From: Pseudogymnoascus verrucosus
Taxonomy: Eukaryota
DNA: 64,000 nt
Reading direction: 5' to 3' (one strand)
Assembly: GCA_001662655.1 (NCBI GenBank)
Contig: KV460206.1
The notes under the pieces are model-generated. The model had not been told where the DNA came from. It did no database searches and saw only the letters and a program-made list of their open reading frames with translations. The position numbers and the translations under genes were made by a program. The first letter of the stretch is position 1; every line of letters begins with the position of its first letter. Shown here piece by piece: positions 45,568-57,387 of this stretch.

Positions 45568-47925
45568 TCAGCAAACTCGCTCCTCAGGTGACCTCCACGG
45601 TACTCCCAGCTCCGCGAATATCTTCTTCTCATCCGCCCCCTCCACCAGTTCCCCTTCATTAAGTTTCACCCTCCCAAGGCCCCTCATCACACCTTTATAC
45701 AATCCCCTCTGATTCAATCTCATACCACGCTTTGAAGCCAAAAGCCGAATACTCCTATTAAAGATATCATTCCCCGTAAAGTACAACAACGCAGCTCCCA
45801 GCTCGGACGCCGGCGCAAGATGAAAGTCAATCCGCCGCCAAATCGGCGACTCCTGCCCAGGCAAGACGCAACAGCCGTGCCACTTTGAGCTAGATTCCGT
45901 CCGTCCGACAGAGAGGGGCGCCACAAGCATGCCCGAGGCCCGCAGCTGCGACACAAGCTTATAGAGAAGAGGCGTTAGCTCGGAACAGGCCGAAGTACCC
46001 GGCTTGGTCAGGAGGACGTCGATGTCTCCGCATGTCTCCGCACCACGGCGATAACTACCTGCGACAATGGCCTCTATACCTCTATCAATGCCCCTCGCAG
46101 TATCCGCAACGATCTTAGCTAAAGCGCTGACTTCTGCTCGCGGTATTCGAGTCTGGAAATCCTGATAATGATCAATGCCCAACCGCTGGTTGTCAGTCAG
46201 GTTGGCATGTGCCAGGAGATCTTCGAGGGTGGTATAGCCCTGTTGTAGCCATGTTGTTGCTTGCGAAATTCCGACGCCATAGATTCCAAGGAAGAGCTGG
46301 AGTATCATGTCGTTGCGGTCTGACTTGGTGTTGTCAAGACGTCGAAGCTTGTCCGTGTGGACGATCTCCTCGATCTTATCGGCAATCCGCGGTCCTATCG
46401 CTGGCAACTTGACAGCTTCTGCTGCGGTTGAGATGAGTTTATTTTGTTTCTTAAGAGTAGTTATAGCCTTCCTATACCCTATTGGGCGCCACGTATCATC
46501 CATCCGTGTATAGTAGGCGGCCATTTCCTGAAGAATGGATATGGTTCGCCCGTTAGGATTCGAGGAAGTGGCATCTAAGGTGCCTCCTTTCATACAGCTA
46601 AAGCTTTCTTGGTTGAAGCTGAACTTCCGAGTAATATCCTTTCGTTTGGGTTTTAGTGAGCCGTTGTCATCAGAGCTGTCGCCTCCGTGATGAGGTGAGC
46701 CTGTGGGGGACGCGTCCTCCTCATCATCATCCAAGGGGAGGTGCTGCACTTTGAGAGTGCCTTTGATAATCTCATCAAGGTCATCATCTGCCCTAGTACT
46801 CTCTTCCACACTTTGTGGGGACTCGACAACAGGTCCTGCACTTAGAGGTTCTGTGGTATCTTCATCGCCAATCGTTCCATACACAGCTGCTTCTCCATGC
46901 ACTGGGCTTCTCGCCACGTCGTCAGTTTCTCCCGCTGTAGGTGGCACGGATTGTCTATCCCCTCCATTCTGGCTTCTGTCCGGTGTAGCTTTCGGAGGTA
47001 CATAGTTCCATCTTCCCGGCTTTGGCCTCGCAGTTTTGAGTTCCAGAGACTGATGGGGGACCGGTGAAGAGGGTGGCTGTTCCGAAGTTCCCACGGTAGA
47101 ATCTTTTGTCGTTGGTTCATATCCCGTTAGTAAATACTGTTTCTGATTCGGGTTCAAAATAGCCTTGAACTGTATGCAATCCAACGGGTACAGTTCGTTG
47201 ACGAGTATGATGTGATCCGGAATGGAAGAAATTTTGAGGAACGAGGTGATATCCGCATACGAAAGGTGTTTATCAGCGATGATATGCGTGACAGTCTCGG
47301 TCCATTCTGTAGCCCAGGTAGCGCCATACTCCCTAGCCTTCACGATCCGTGCCCTGCGCACTGGGGCGATGTCATCAGGAGGGACGTAGAAGAATACCAA
47401 GTCCTTGAAGATACGGTGCTGTTCCGGAACAAGCTTTATGCTCGGCTCTTTGCGCTTTCGCTTTCCGAGAGCACTCGAGGAAAAGGATGAGAATTGAGCG
47501 ACGCGGTTTAGGGTAGTTGGGGTTGGGGCTGATGTTTTTCTCAGAGGCGGAGCGCCACCGCTTTGAATAGGCTTTGGGGAAGTTGGCGTTTCTGCGACGA
47601 AAGAGACTTCGTTTGACAGCGGGGTGCCAGTGCGGCCCTGTCGTAGCCGATTCTTGATTGATACTAATGGAGTTTCTTTGATGAGATGGATTGGGGATGG
47701 TGACTTCAGAGTTGGTGCTGATAGACTCCGTTCCAGCTGAGGAGTTGCGTTTGGTTTAGGATCAACCGGTTCGCGATGTTTATGTGGAGATGACTTGTGG
47801 TGAGGTGGAAGAGAAGTAATAGGCGTATCTCGACTGGATTCTATGGGGCTCTCATCGTCTGAGTCCTCATCTAGTGAAGACAGTGCTTTAAAATATGCGG
47901 CTTTATCCATGTTCTCTCGAGCCAT
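45568..47925 (-). CDS. POL4: DNA polymerase lambda / Pol IV (X family) with BRCT domain
   Basis: BRCT (IFKDLVFFY..VTHII), lyase HhH LPAIGPRIADKI, IYGVG, GSYRRGAETCGDIDVL, RRIDF, LLYFTG, EKKIFAELGVPWRSPEER. Confidence 0.93.
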   Translation of the reverse strand: MARENMDKAAYFKALSSLDEDSDDESPIESSRDTPITSLPPHHKSSPHKHREPVDPKPNATPQLERSLSAPTLKSPSPIHLIKETPLVSIKNRLRQGRTGTPLSNEVSFVAETPTSPKPIQSGGAPPLRKTSAPTPTTLNRVAQFSSFSSSALGKRKRKEPSIKLVPEQHRIFKDLVFFYVPPDDIAPVRRARIVKAREYGATWATEWTETVTHIIADKHLSYADITSFLKISSIPDHIILVNELYPLDCIQFKAILNPNQKQYLLTGYEPTTKDSTVGTSEQPPSSPVPHQSLELKTARPKPGRWNYVPPKATPDRSQNGGDRQSVPPTAGETDDVARSPVHGEAAVYGTIGDEDTTEPLSAGPVVESPQSVEESTRADDDLDEIIKGTLKVQHLPLDDDEEDASPTGSPHHGGDSSDDNGSLKPKRKDITRKFSFNQESFSCMKGGTLDATSSNPNGRTISILQEMAAYYTRMDDTWRPIGYRKAITTLKKQNKLISTAAEAVKLPAIGPRIADKIEEIVHTDKLRRLDNTKSDRNDMILQLFLGIYGVGISQATTWLQQGYTTLEDLLAHANLTDNQRLGIDHYQDFQTRIPRAEVSALAKIVADTARGIDRGIEAIVAGSYRRGAETCGDIDVLLTKPGTSACSELTPLLYKLVSQLRASGMLVAPLSVGRTESSSKWHGCCVLPGQESPIWRRIDFHLAPASELGAALLYFTGNDIFNRSIRLLASKRGMRLNQRGLYKGVMRGLGRVKLNEGELVEGADEKKIFAELGVPWRSPEERVC

Positions 47926-48301
47926 ACTCTCATCCAGAAGGGCGTACTTCACACCCCAAACAACAATGGTAAAGATTCAAAACTTGCAAACTCATATCCA
48001 AGTCGCCACGGCTTTTATATCCAAGAATGCTTAGTTTAGGTTCCAGCGTCTTAGCTGAATGAAGAGACTTTGTCCTCCCCGAGATAATTGGATGTGTCAA
48101 AGTAAGGCACGATTGAGGCTACAAGGCTACACTTCAGCCTGATGCGTCGTCTTGGCATTAGGTCTGAGGCAACCATAACGTTATCACATGCACGCACGGA
48201 CGAGCTTTACAATTATTTACCAGAAAGGAATTCAAACTATTATTGATGAAATCAACATTAAATACTGCAAAACTGCTAACAACATTCCAACTTCAACTCA
48301 A

Positions 48302-50132
48302 TTATACCGTCTTCGTCGGCACAGCCGAGCTGACCTCGATTTCGTTAGCCTCGATGCTGCTACCCTTGTTCTCTTGAACCGGAACCGCATGGTGAGCATC
48401 CTCAACATGAAGCAGATCAGCTCCCTTCTCGACGTGATCCGCTCCACCGAACAGGACATCCATCTCCTCCAGGCTGACCCTCCTTGTCTCGGGAATCATG
48501 AAGTGGACGAACACAGCCAAGACAACGTTGATCGCGAAGAAGAAGTAAAAGGTCGAGAAGCCGCAGTTTGCGAGGAAAATCGGGAAGAACTGTTGGAAGA
48601 TCGAGTTTGCGACATTCTGTGTCTGGGATGCCATGCCGACGGCTTGGGCGCGGACGTTCATGGAGAAAACTTCAGCGGTCCAAATCCAGGTTGTCGCTCC
48701 CCAACTGGGCTTGTAGAAGAAGATGAAGAGGAAGAGCAAGAAGGTGATGGCAATGCCAACCGGCTCTGCCTTCGTCGGCTTGCTCACGCCCTTAGATAGA
48801 TAATAGATCGTCTCGGTCTTTGTTCCCACTAACGCCACAGCCAGCATACAGACAGCCATTCCGATAGCACCCACGATGAACAAAAACTTGCGGCCGAAGC
48901 GGTCAACAGTCCAAGTTGCGTTCAGGGTGAAGATGATACCGAAAGTAGCGTTGAGAGCGTTGATGAGGGAAATCTGCGACTGAGACTTGAAAACGCCCTT
49001 GTAAATGATAGTGCTGTAGGTGTTGAGTGTTCCTTGGCCAGTAACCTGCTGTCCGGCATTGAGGATGAATGCCAAAATGAGACGCTTGCGGACGGAACGA
49101 TCCTTCCATAGAGCAGAGTAGCTGCTAGAGATGGCTTCCTTCTCAAACTCGAGAGCCTCACGAATCATGAGGATCTCATCTTCAACTTCTTGTTCAGTCT
49201 CTCGGACACGGCGGAGTGTCGCACGGGCATCGTCGACACGGTCGCCGTGCTGGAGGTACCAACGTGGGGTCTCGGGAATAAACGGAAGAAGAACGAGGAT
49301 ATAGATAGGGACCATGATCTGGAAAATGACGACAATCTTCCAGTCCCATTCGCCAAGCTTCGCTACATGAAGCTGGCAGGCGTAGTTGATCCAGTAGGCA
49401 AGGAAGGATCCCACACTGTAGAACAGTTGCCAAAAGGACATGACTTTGCCTCTGATCTCTGGTGGGGCGAGCTCACCGATGTAAATCGGGCCGGCGGCTG
49501 CATGACTGTTAGCTACGTGTATGGAACTAGAGTGATAACGGCATACTCAATGCAATACCCTGGCCGATACCAATAATTGCTCGGCCAGCAATGAATGTAC
49601 CGATACTGTGTCTTGGTGCGAATGTCTGGATGAATGTCGCGATGATGGTCAAAAAGCACCCAATACCCATTCCCCATCGTCGCCCGAAGCGATCCGCCTA
49701 GTTATGAGTTAGATGCAGGTCAAACGGCCGATAAGCATTGGCACTACTCACAATAGGACCACCTAGGAAGAAGCCAGCAACGATCGCGCCGACAGTATAG
49801 GCGGTATTGACGGCACCGATGACATTTGCAGCCTATCTCGATATTAGTACAAGCAGGAAGCTTCAATCCGATATCCAACTTACTGGCTTGTTGAAGTAAT
49901 TGACCCAGTTGGATGAGCCTTGCACCTATTTAAGTATAAGCATATGCAGTACGATCGTAGTTTCTGTAATAACATACGGAGTTGTAGACTGAAGCATCAT
50001 ATCCGTATAGCACCATACAACTGGCAGCTACCATGGAAATATACCTGTTGGCGACATCAGTATAGAAGTGAATATGGGGGAAAGTTCTTCTCTTTACCAA
50101 TTGTACACGCGGGTGCTGTGAACGATCGCCAT
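48302..50132 (-). CDS. MFS sugar porter (quinate/hexose transporter-like)
   Basis: MAIVHSTRVYNW..LYGYDA, DRFGRR, YIGELAPPEIRG, PETPRW, QQVTGQ, VDRFGRK, PETRRVSLEEMD. Multiple short 5' exons. Confidence 0.9.
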
Positions 50133-51672
50133 TGTGGCGAGTTAACGGAGGCTTACTGTCCTACAAAAGGTATACAGTGTTGGGAGTCCTTGGTCCGATG
50201 GTGAATAGGGAAACAGAAACAGGAGGAAAAAGTGCAGGTGCTCGGGAGCACACCCAATATATATGATGAGCCATTGCCCATGGCCCATCCATGATACAGA
50301 AAGTGGAGGTACCTACCATATGCGCCCAAACGCAATACGCCACACAAGATAGCTGGAGAAAACTCCTCTCCGCACCCCTCACAGACCTTCTCCAACTGCC
50401 TACCACAGTTGTCCGTCCGACATGTGGTTGGAACTCGACAGGGATCTCCGGACGTGGAGACCCATCATCCCGACACTAAGGGGGGAGATAAGCAAGCCGG
50501 CCTCAATAGTGGACATTTTGAGGAATGCGGAGAGAGCAAACTACTGCTATAGATGCTTGGATGTTACTTTAGAAATGTGGGAGACGCGTTAGTCTCCAAC
50601 CAAGCGTGCCTCGAGAAGGACTCTATTCCTTGCTACCCCAGAAATTGGAGTTGATGTTATCCCGTTTGTGGAGGGCCGGAGAGGTTATCACATAGATTCC
50701 ACTAATCAGAGTTTCTCCATGGGCCGGCCACGCTAAATTATTTGAGCACGAGGTGACAAGGCTTTGACGGTCCATCCCCACTTGGAGAGAGATATCGTGT
50801 GGGGTTGAAGATTAACTTGGGAATCTAGCAGTAGTGCTCATTTGACGGCCGCCTTTGTTCACTATTTCGAGGCGGGGGCGGGTTAATCAGTTGTTTTGTC
50901 TGTATTGGCCAGTGTGGAGATGACTCCAAATGGCGTTTGCCAGGATCACATGATCAATATCGATACGGTACATGCCGCCATATGTAGGGAGACCCAGAAC
51001 AAAGCTTGTCGTATCGGAGTAACTTACTGTACTTGTACAGTGGCTGCACTTCAAATAAGCGCGCTATGGCTGGTGGAATTTAAAAAGTGCGGAGATGTGT
51101 GGCACCATGGTATCAATATATCATCACGTGATTGACACCGTATGGTCATGTCATAGAATAGTGAATAGGTAGTATTCCGCATGGGCGATCTTCGGGCATA
51201 GATGAAAATCTAGGAACCGATGTATAGGTGAGGAAGCTTCCTCTGCGGGAAATTCCAGGTGGGCTGGATCAAGGCCCTTCATGGACAGCTGATCTTCGGC
51301 TACACACGGAGAGCCAGGAACCGACGTGTAGTCCTCGGCGGATAATTTAAATTCAGGTGGTCCGGATCACGGCTCCTCCCCATAAGCAGCAGAATGGTAG
51401 GTATTGAAAGGTCAGTCCTTGGTATCAAGGCCGCCATTCACTTCCAGTCGGCGCCATCATAACTGAATTGGGTGCCCAGAAACTCCAACTCAGACTTGCC
51501 TTTAACCACTTCATCATTGATTGCAGATGGCCCTTAGCTATTTCAAAACTCTCTGGTTACTGTTGTACAGAAACACACGAAGAGTATACGAAATGGCTGC
51601 CGGGTTGCAGTATCAATTCAGTAGTATCTGAAGTGTCATCATCGCTGGATCTTGGGTTCTCGCCAAATTATC

Positions 51673-53681
51673 TCATGAGAGTAAAGTCGTTCCTTTGCTG
51701 CGTCCCGTCTCCATCTTTGCAGTCCGTGCTCCGAATTGGATCTGTATGTGCGTTAGTATGGTGGTGAAGGGTCAATAAACAACAGGTCGCCTTACCGCGC
51801 GTTTCTTCTCTTGAGACACAGAGTGCATTCCCAACTTCCACGCGAGGAGACGAAGAACTTTCTTCCCTGGCTCCAATGCTGGTTCAGCGGCATCCAATGC
51901 CTCTGAGCCACCAAAGCCACATTTATCCCACACAGGGCACGCCAGCGACCATCTCACGAGATCCTCATCAAGATACGGAAAGCGGGCTTCTCGACCCCAG
52001 TTCGAGATGGCCCGATCATCTCTACCTAGGTTCCGCTTTCCTAGTCTACCCACATCTAGGTCCAGCTCTTCGATTAACCCTTCGAATCCACGCCTAGAAA
52101 ATGCTGTGGCATGTCGGGTATAGCCTCCAAAGAGCTCGTCTGCGCCCAACCCCGATAAAAGAACTCGGGCTTCTGTTGCATAGTCGGTTGCAGGAACACT
52201 ATCGTCAATGGATGCTTTTCCAGATCCTCGAGACGCAAAATACAATGCACCTGCTATAGATAGGTCCATTTCTGTGTTGTGTGGATATATAAGAGATATG
52301 ACTTTACTTCTGTGAGTTAAGAACTCTTCGTATGGTATATTGGCCTAGATATAATATTAGAAGCGTAAGGTACAAGCTTTCGGGATGCTTTACCTCTACA
52401 AAGTTCCATTTCCGTCCGGGGCAGACTTGTCTCAGCTCCTTGAGCGCGCTTCTCCCAGTCATTCTATCTGGGCACGCTTCAAATGGGTTGTCCACCCCAA
52501 CAGGCGGGCAAACAACAGGTGGAGTGTCGCCTAATGGATTTTCTTTGGCTACAGCCTCACCAAGAATATCTAGCTGGTCTCGTCCTTGCCGAGCTTTTCG
52601 CTGTTGCTTCACTTTTGGTGGTTGCTTTGATGCCAAAACAACCCTTGGGTTCTCGAAGGCCACATTAAGGAGATCTATCTGCTCTTCCAATGGCAGTATA
52701 TCATGCGCCATGCGTGCAAGAACTGCACAGTCCAGGCCGCCAGAGAAAAGGATGGCCAGCTTGACCTTGGCTGGACCTTCAGAACGCGGAGGATCAGGAA
52801 TATTTAGCAGGCGTAACCGCAATGATTGTATCATATGCTGCTCAAGTTGCCTTACAGAGTCGGATGACAGATTCAGAGACCACGGAGTCGTGGGGACTAC
52901 TTGGTTAAGAACACCGAGAGAAAGCGACTGAAACAGAAATCAGCTTTTGTTGCGGAACGTTGGCTGCACAGTTATACTGTTGACTTACAGGAGTAGCACC
53001 CTGGTTGTCACTTGGCACCCATGGGCATCTGTAGCAAGGAAAGTGTTTGTTTCCCACGGACGATTCCTCTAGTAAAGCTAAACCTGGGGGGATAGATGCT
53101 CTATCAAGTGCTGCCACATAGATCCCATCTGCCTCGACTTCTTTCCAAGAACTGCTCGTTGAATCCGCAATACTAGAAAACTGGATAGCATCCGAGATAT
53201 CTTCGGAATTGTACAACAGCGATCGTCTCCCAAGGCAGTCCCGCCCGAAATAAACAAGACGATGGATTTTGTCATAATAAGCAAATGCAAAGGGGCCAGA
53301 TATGGTCCTCAGAACATCGAGGACGGCATTGATAGACTCATCAGCCGACCTTGAGACAATACTGGCATCAAGGAGGCCAATAATTGCCTCGCCGTCATTA
53401 CCCTCTACCACATCGTGGCCAATTTTCCAGGCCTCTCCATTCCAGCACAAGACCGAGCCGGTTTCTGTGGTTGAAAGTGGCTGCGCGGTTACGTGGCCGC
53501 CACGCAGAGAAAGCACGGTAGATGTAAATAGCAACGAGACGGTATCACCATCTATCGCTGTTTGTGCAACAGCTCTCAGGGTATTGGATAGATCTGGGCC
53601 CCTGTTGGCGAGGTGTTGTAGTAGTTCGGGGTTTGGGCTTGGAGCTTCAGTTTTAGAAATGGAAGTAAATATGCCACACAT
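51673..53681 (-). CDS. Asparagine synthetase domain-containing protein (ASNSD1/YML096W-like)
   Basis: MCGIF N-terminal Ntn Cys, NRGPD, WNGE, GRDCLGRRSL, LFSGGLDC, GLGADELFGGY, RNLGRDDR, KKRAIQFGARTAKM. Three introns. Confidence 0.9.
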
Positions 53682-54123
53682 TTCTGCTGAATAGCCCGAC
53701 AGAGGCCCTTACCGTTAAGCTGATAGACACGTTTCACTGGAACCGTGCTGTTGTCCTGTCCGTCCTTAGCAAATTTAGTTAGCTTCGGGTTGGTGATGAG
53801 GTCTGATGTTCGTACCTCGCTAATTGAGACTCGTCATCTTTGTTGGGGGTTCCACACATGGAACTCCATCACTCCACCGCCTGCGGCTCTTAAGCTTTTC
53901 TACATTTGGGAAGTGACAAGTGCACAAACGCCGGTCCATACACAATAAAAGGATACAGGAGAATACTTGGTATAGTGGAAGTTCATAGTCCTACCACCTC
54001 AGCCGCCTTACCTCGATCACCTAGCAGCTACGACGACTCCCAAGGTACCTACCGCCCTACCCCACCACAGACAGCTCACAGCTCCAACAACCTACTCTTG
54101 CCACGGCGGCCGGCGAATCCTGC

Positions 54124-56792
54124 ATGTCTCCCCCGAAACAGCAAGAAGGAGAAGCTGAACCGGACCGCGATCTTGAGAATAAGCCGAAGTTGGATGAGAT
54201 AGACACCGTGGTTGGGGACCGTTCGGGCACGAACGATGACCCCGTAGGAATTGCGGGGGAGGAACTACAAGACGCAGGCAGCACGGCAGGTCCGTCAGAC
54301 ACGGGCAAGGTTATTGAAGATACGATGGGAGAAGCTGGCACAGCCAGTGTGTCTACTGGCGAGACAGCACTGGAGGAAAACGCTGTGGAAAGCCATGAGG
54401 ATCAACAAACCACACTCGACGCGCCAACCACCGAAGCGTCAACCACGGAGGAGCCAACCACCGAAGACAAATATGTCGGCTCAGATCCGATGGAGTCGTC
54501 AACAGCAACGCTGAGGCCACATCCTCCTCCAAATCACGAATCAAACACTACACAAGTTCCGACTAAAGACAATATGTTCCTCGAGCCTACCCCGCAACCT
54601 CCACACTCAGCCGTACCCCCGGCGTCTAACAGCGCATCTACATCTACACCTCGGTCTGGAGCTGGGGAAGGTCCAAGCGACAGGTCGCCGACACGGTCTG
54701 ATGCAGGATTTGATGAGAAGCCTTCTCCTAGCGAAGATGGGCGCGAAGGAGAATCCCGATCGGAAATACAGAGCATCATGGATCAGTTCAGTGCAGAAGG
54801 AGGCGGGCCAGGTGAAGAGGAGGTGATGTCTCCTCGGTTCGAGCTCGCAGGGCCATTGCTTGGGACTCAGATCCAGCATCCTCCTAGGAAATCAAGCCTT
54901 GACCCCCTGAATCATGGGGTGATCAATATATCCCAGGGTTTGGAGAGCACTGATTTGGGGAAGGGCGTATCATCTCGGCGCGAAAGCAAAGATAGTGATA
55001 TAGGCCCAGAGGTACCCCCCAAGCCCACCTCCATGTATGCAATGCCACCCATGCGCTCGTCTGAGGGACAGATCGAATCGCCCGTTTCGCCTCATGCTAC
55101 ATCGCTACACCGACCCCCGCCACCAGAACCCGAACCGGAGCCAGACCTTCCTTTTGATTTCCATAGATTTCTGGAGCAGCTGAGGCATCGTACCGCTGAC
55201 CCAGTTGCGAAATTCTTACGATCCTTCTTGCAGGAGTTTGGTAAGAAACAGTGGATGGTGCATGAGCAGGTCAAGATTATAGGGGACTTCCTGGCATTTA
55301 TTACAAATAAGATGGCTCAGTGTGAGATATGGAAGGAAGTTTCCGATGCGGAATTCGATAATGCTCGCGAGGGCATGGAAAAGCTTGTTATGAACAGGCT
55401 ATACACACAGACTTTTTCGCCAGCGATTCCCCCTCCACAGCCTATACCCGGGGCAAGGCCAAGGAGAAGAAACGGAGAGCGCCCATTGGGTCCCGGAAGG
55501 AGAGGCCAGCATCAGGAGGATGTTGAGCGTGATGATATCCTAGCCCAAAAAGTTAGCATCTATGGGTGGGTGAAAGAAGACCACTTAGACATACCTCCAG
55601 TTGGGGAGAGTGGGAAGCGATTTTTAATTTTAGCACAACAAGGTGAATACAACTTCGACTCAATCCAGGGAGCATTTCTAACCCACGTGTAGAACTACTT
55701 AAAATCAAGACATATAGAGCACCAAGAGACAAGATCATCTGTGTTCTCAACTGCTGCAAAGTCATTTTTGGTGAGTAGGTCGACAAAGACATGCTCCCAC
55801 TCTGTTAACTTTCTCCTCCAGGTCTACTGAAGCACTCCAAGTCCGATTCGTCAGCGGACTCATTTATGCCCCTATTGATTTACACCGTCCTACAAGCGAA
55901 TCCAGAGCATTTGGTATCTAATGTTCAATACATTTTGCGTTTCCGCAACCAGGAGAAGCTTGGTGGAGAGGCCGGCTATTATCTGTCCTCGTTGGTAAGG
56001 AAATCCTGATTTGTACATTGTAAATATCAACTAATTTTTGCAGCTGGGTGCCGTTCAGTTTATAGAAAATCTAGACCGTACAACATTGACAATATCCGAT
56101 GAGGACTTCGAAAAGAATGTGGAGGCTGCAGTCTTCGCCATCGCCGAGAAACATCGCACGGACGAGGCTGACGCTCCACCAACACCTACCCAACAGCTGT
56201 CCGAGATGTCCGGGCAGCCTTCGTCGGAGCCCAATTTTGGGAAATCCTCTGAAGCCGAATCCTCGCAACCAAGAAAATCAACGTCATCTTATGAGTCTAA
56301 TAATGCTGACGGCGGCGATGAAAAAGCAGCCATGGGTGGACTATTACGGTCCATCCAAAGACCACTATCTTCCATTGGACGGATCTTCGCCGATGACAGC
56401 TCTCAAGGTAGCCCTAGCAGGGGTCCTGCGAGCGGCAATACATCAAGGCTATCGCCAGCGCCAAGAAATGCAGAGAGGCCCATAAGCCCACAGAGACTTG
56501 TTGAACCAACCCGTGATACTGTTGACAGAAACCACCTGCGTGCTGAGAATGCGGCAGTACGGCAGGCAAGCGTTGAAACAGCCGAAGCACAGCACTTGGA
56601 AAGAGCAGAGCACGAAAATGTTGTTGAGACACTCTCTGGCATGTTCCCAGACCTTGACAAAGAACTCATCAGCGATGTAGTAGCTCAGAAGAACGGAAGG
56701 TACGATCTCCGTGTCCAATGCTCCTTCCACTTATACTAATGAGACCTAGGGTCGGCCTTGCCGTTGATGCCTGCCTGGCACTCAGCTCGTAG
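54124..56792 (+). CDS. VPS9: Vps9 Rab5 guanine-nucleotide exchange factor with C-terminal CUE domain
   Basis: FDFHRFLEQLR, EGMEKLVMNRLY, YRAPRDKIICVLNCCKVI, SADSFMPLLIY, GEAGYYLSSL, CUE (LSGMFPDLDKELISDV). Four introns. Confidence 0.93.
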
Positions 56793-57387
56793 TCTCATAT
56801 CAGATATATAATATTTACTCAGAAGATACCCCATGGTGGTACTGGTACCGCAGCCAGAGATGATTACGGTTACAGAGCATTACCGATTTGAGCGTGCATA
56901 GCGTTGGTTTGTTTGGCATATATATACCTAGGTCTCTGATTGAAGTCTTGTACCTCTCACGGTTTCATCAAAGATATATGAATGATAATTTGTAGTCGAT
57001 AGCCTTCTACTCGAGAAAGAGGCGTGCCTTCCATGTGTAGCTATATAGCGAAATTACTGTTCATGCACATGTAGGCAATATCTTGCCACATAACTACACA
57101 GCTAAGTAACAGTAGGTTAAGTGCAGTTACTCGATATAATCTATGTCCGGTCCAATCGTTCCTGCCAGTTCCTGCGATAAGCACCCGTGCACTTCACTAC
57201 TCTGTGCCAGGAACGGAAGGAGAGCTCCTTATTGTTTATGAGAGGATCGCTCTTGCCTGCAAGACGGCCGCTCGACGTGTATAGGTTCTATTTTGGAGCT
57301 TCGAGAGGATTTCCTCTTTCACAATATTATGATAACGAAGCATTATATGTTTAGAGAGTATTAATTCAAGCAACATCTTTAGACAAC

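Noticed and set aside
53682..54123. ASDURF-like upstream ORF before the ASNSD1-like gene
   Set aside because: Only tiny ATG-initiated ORFs are visible in the short divergent promoter; nothing prefoldin-like.
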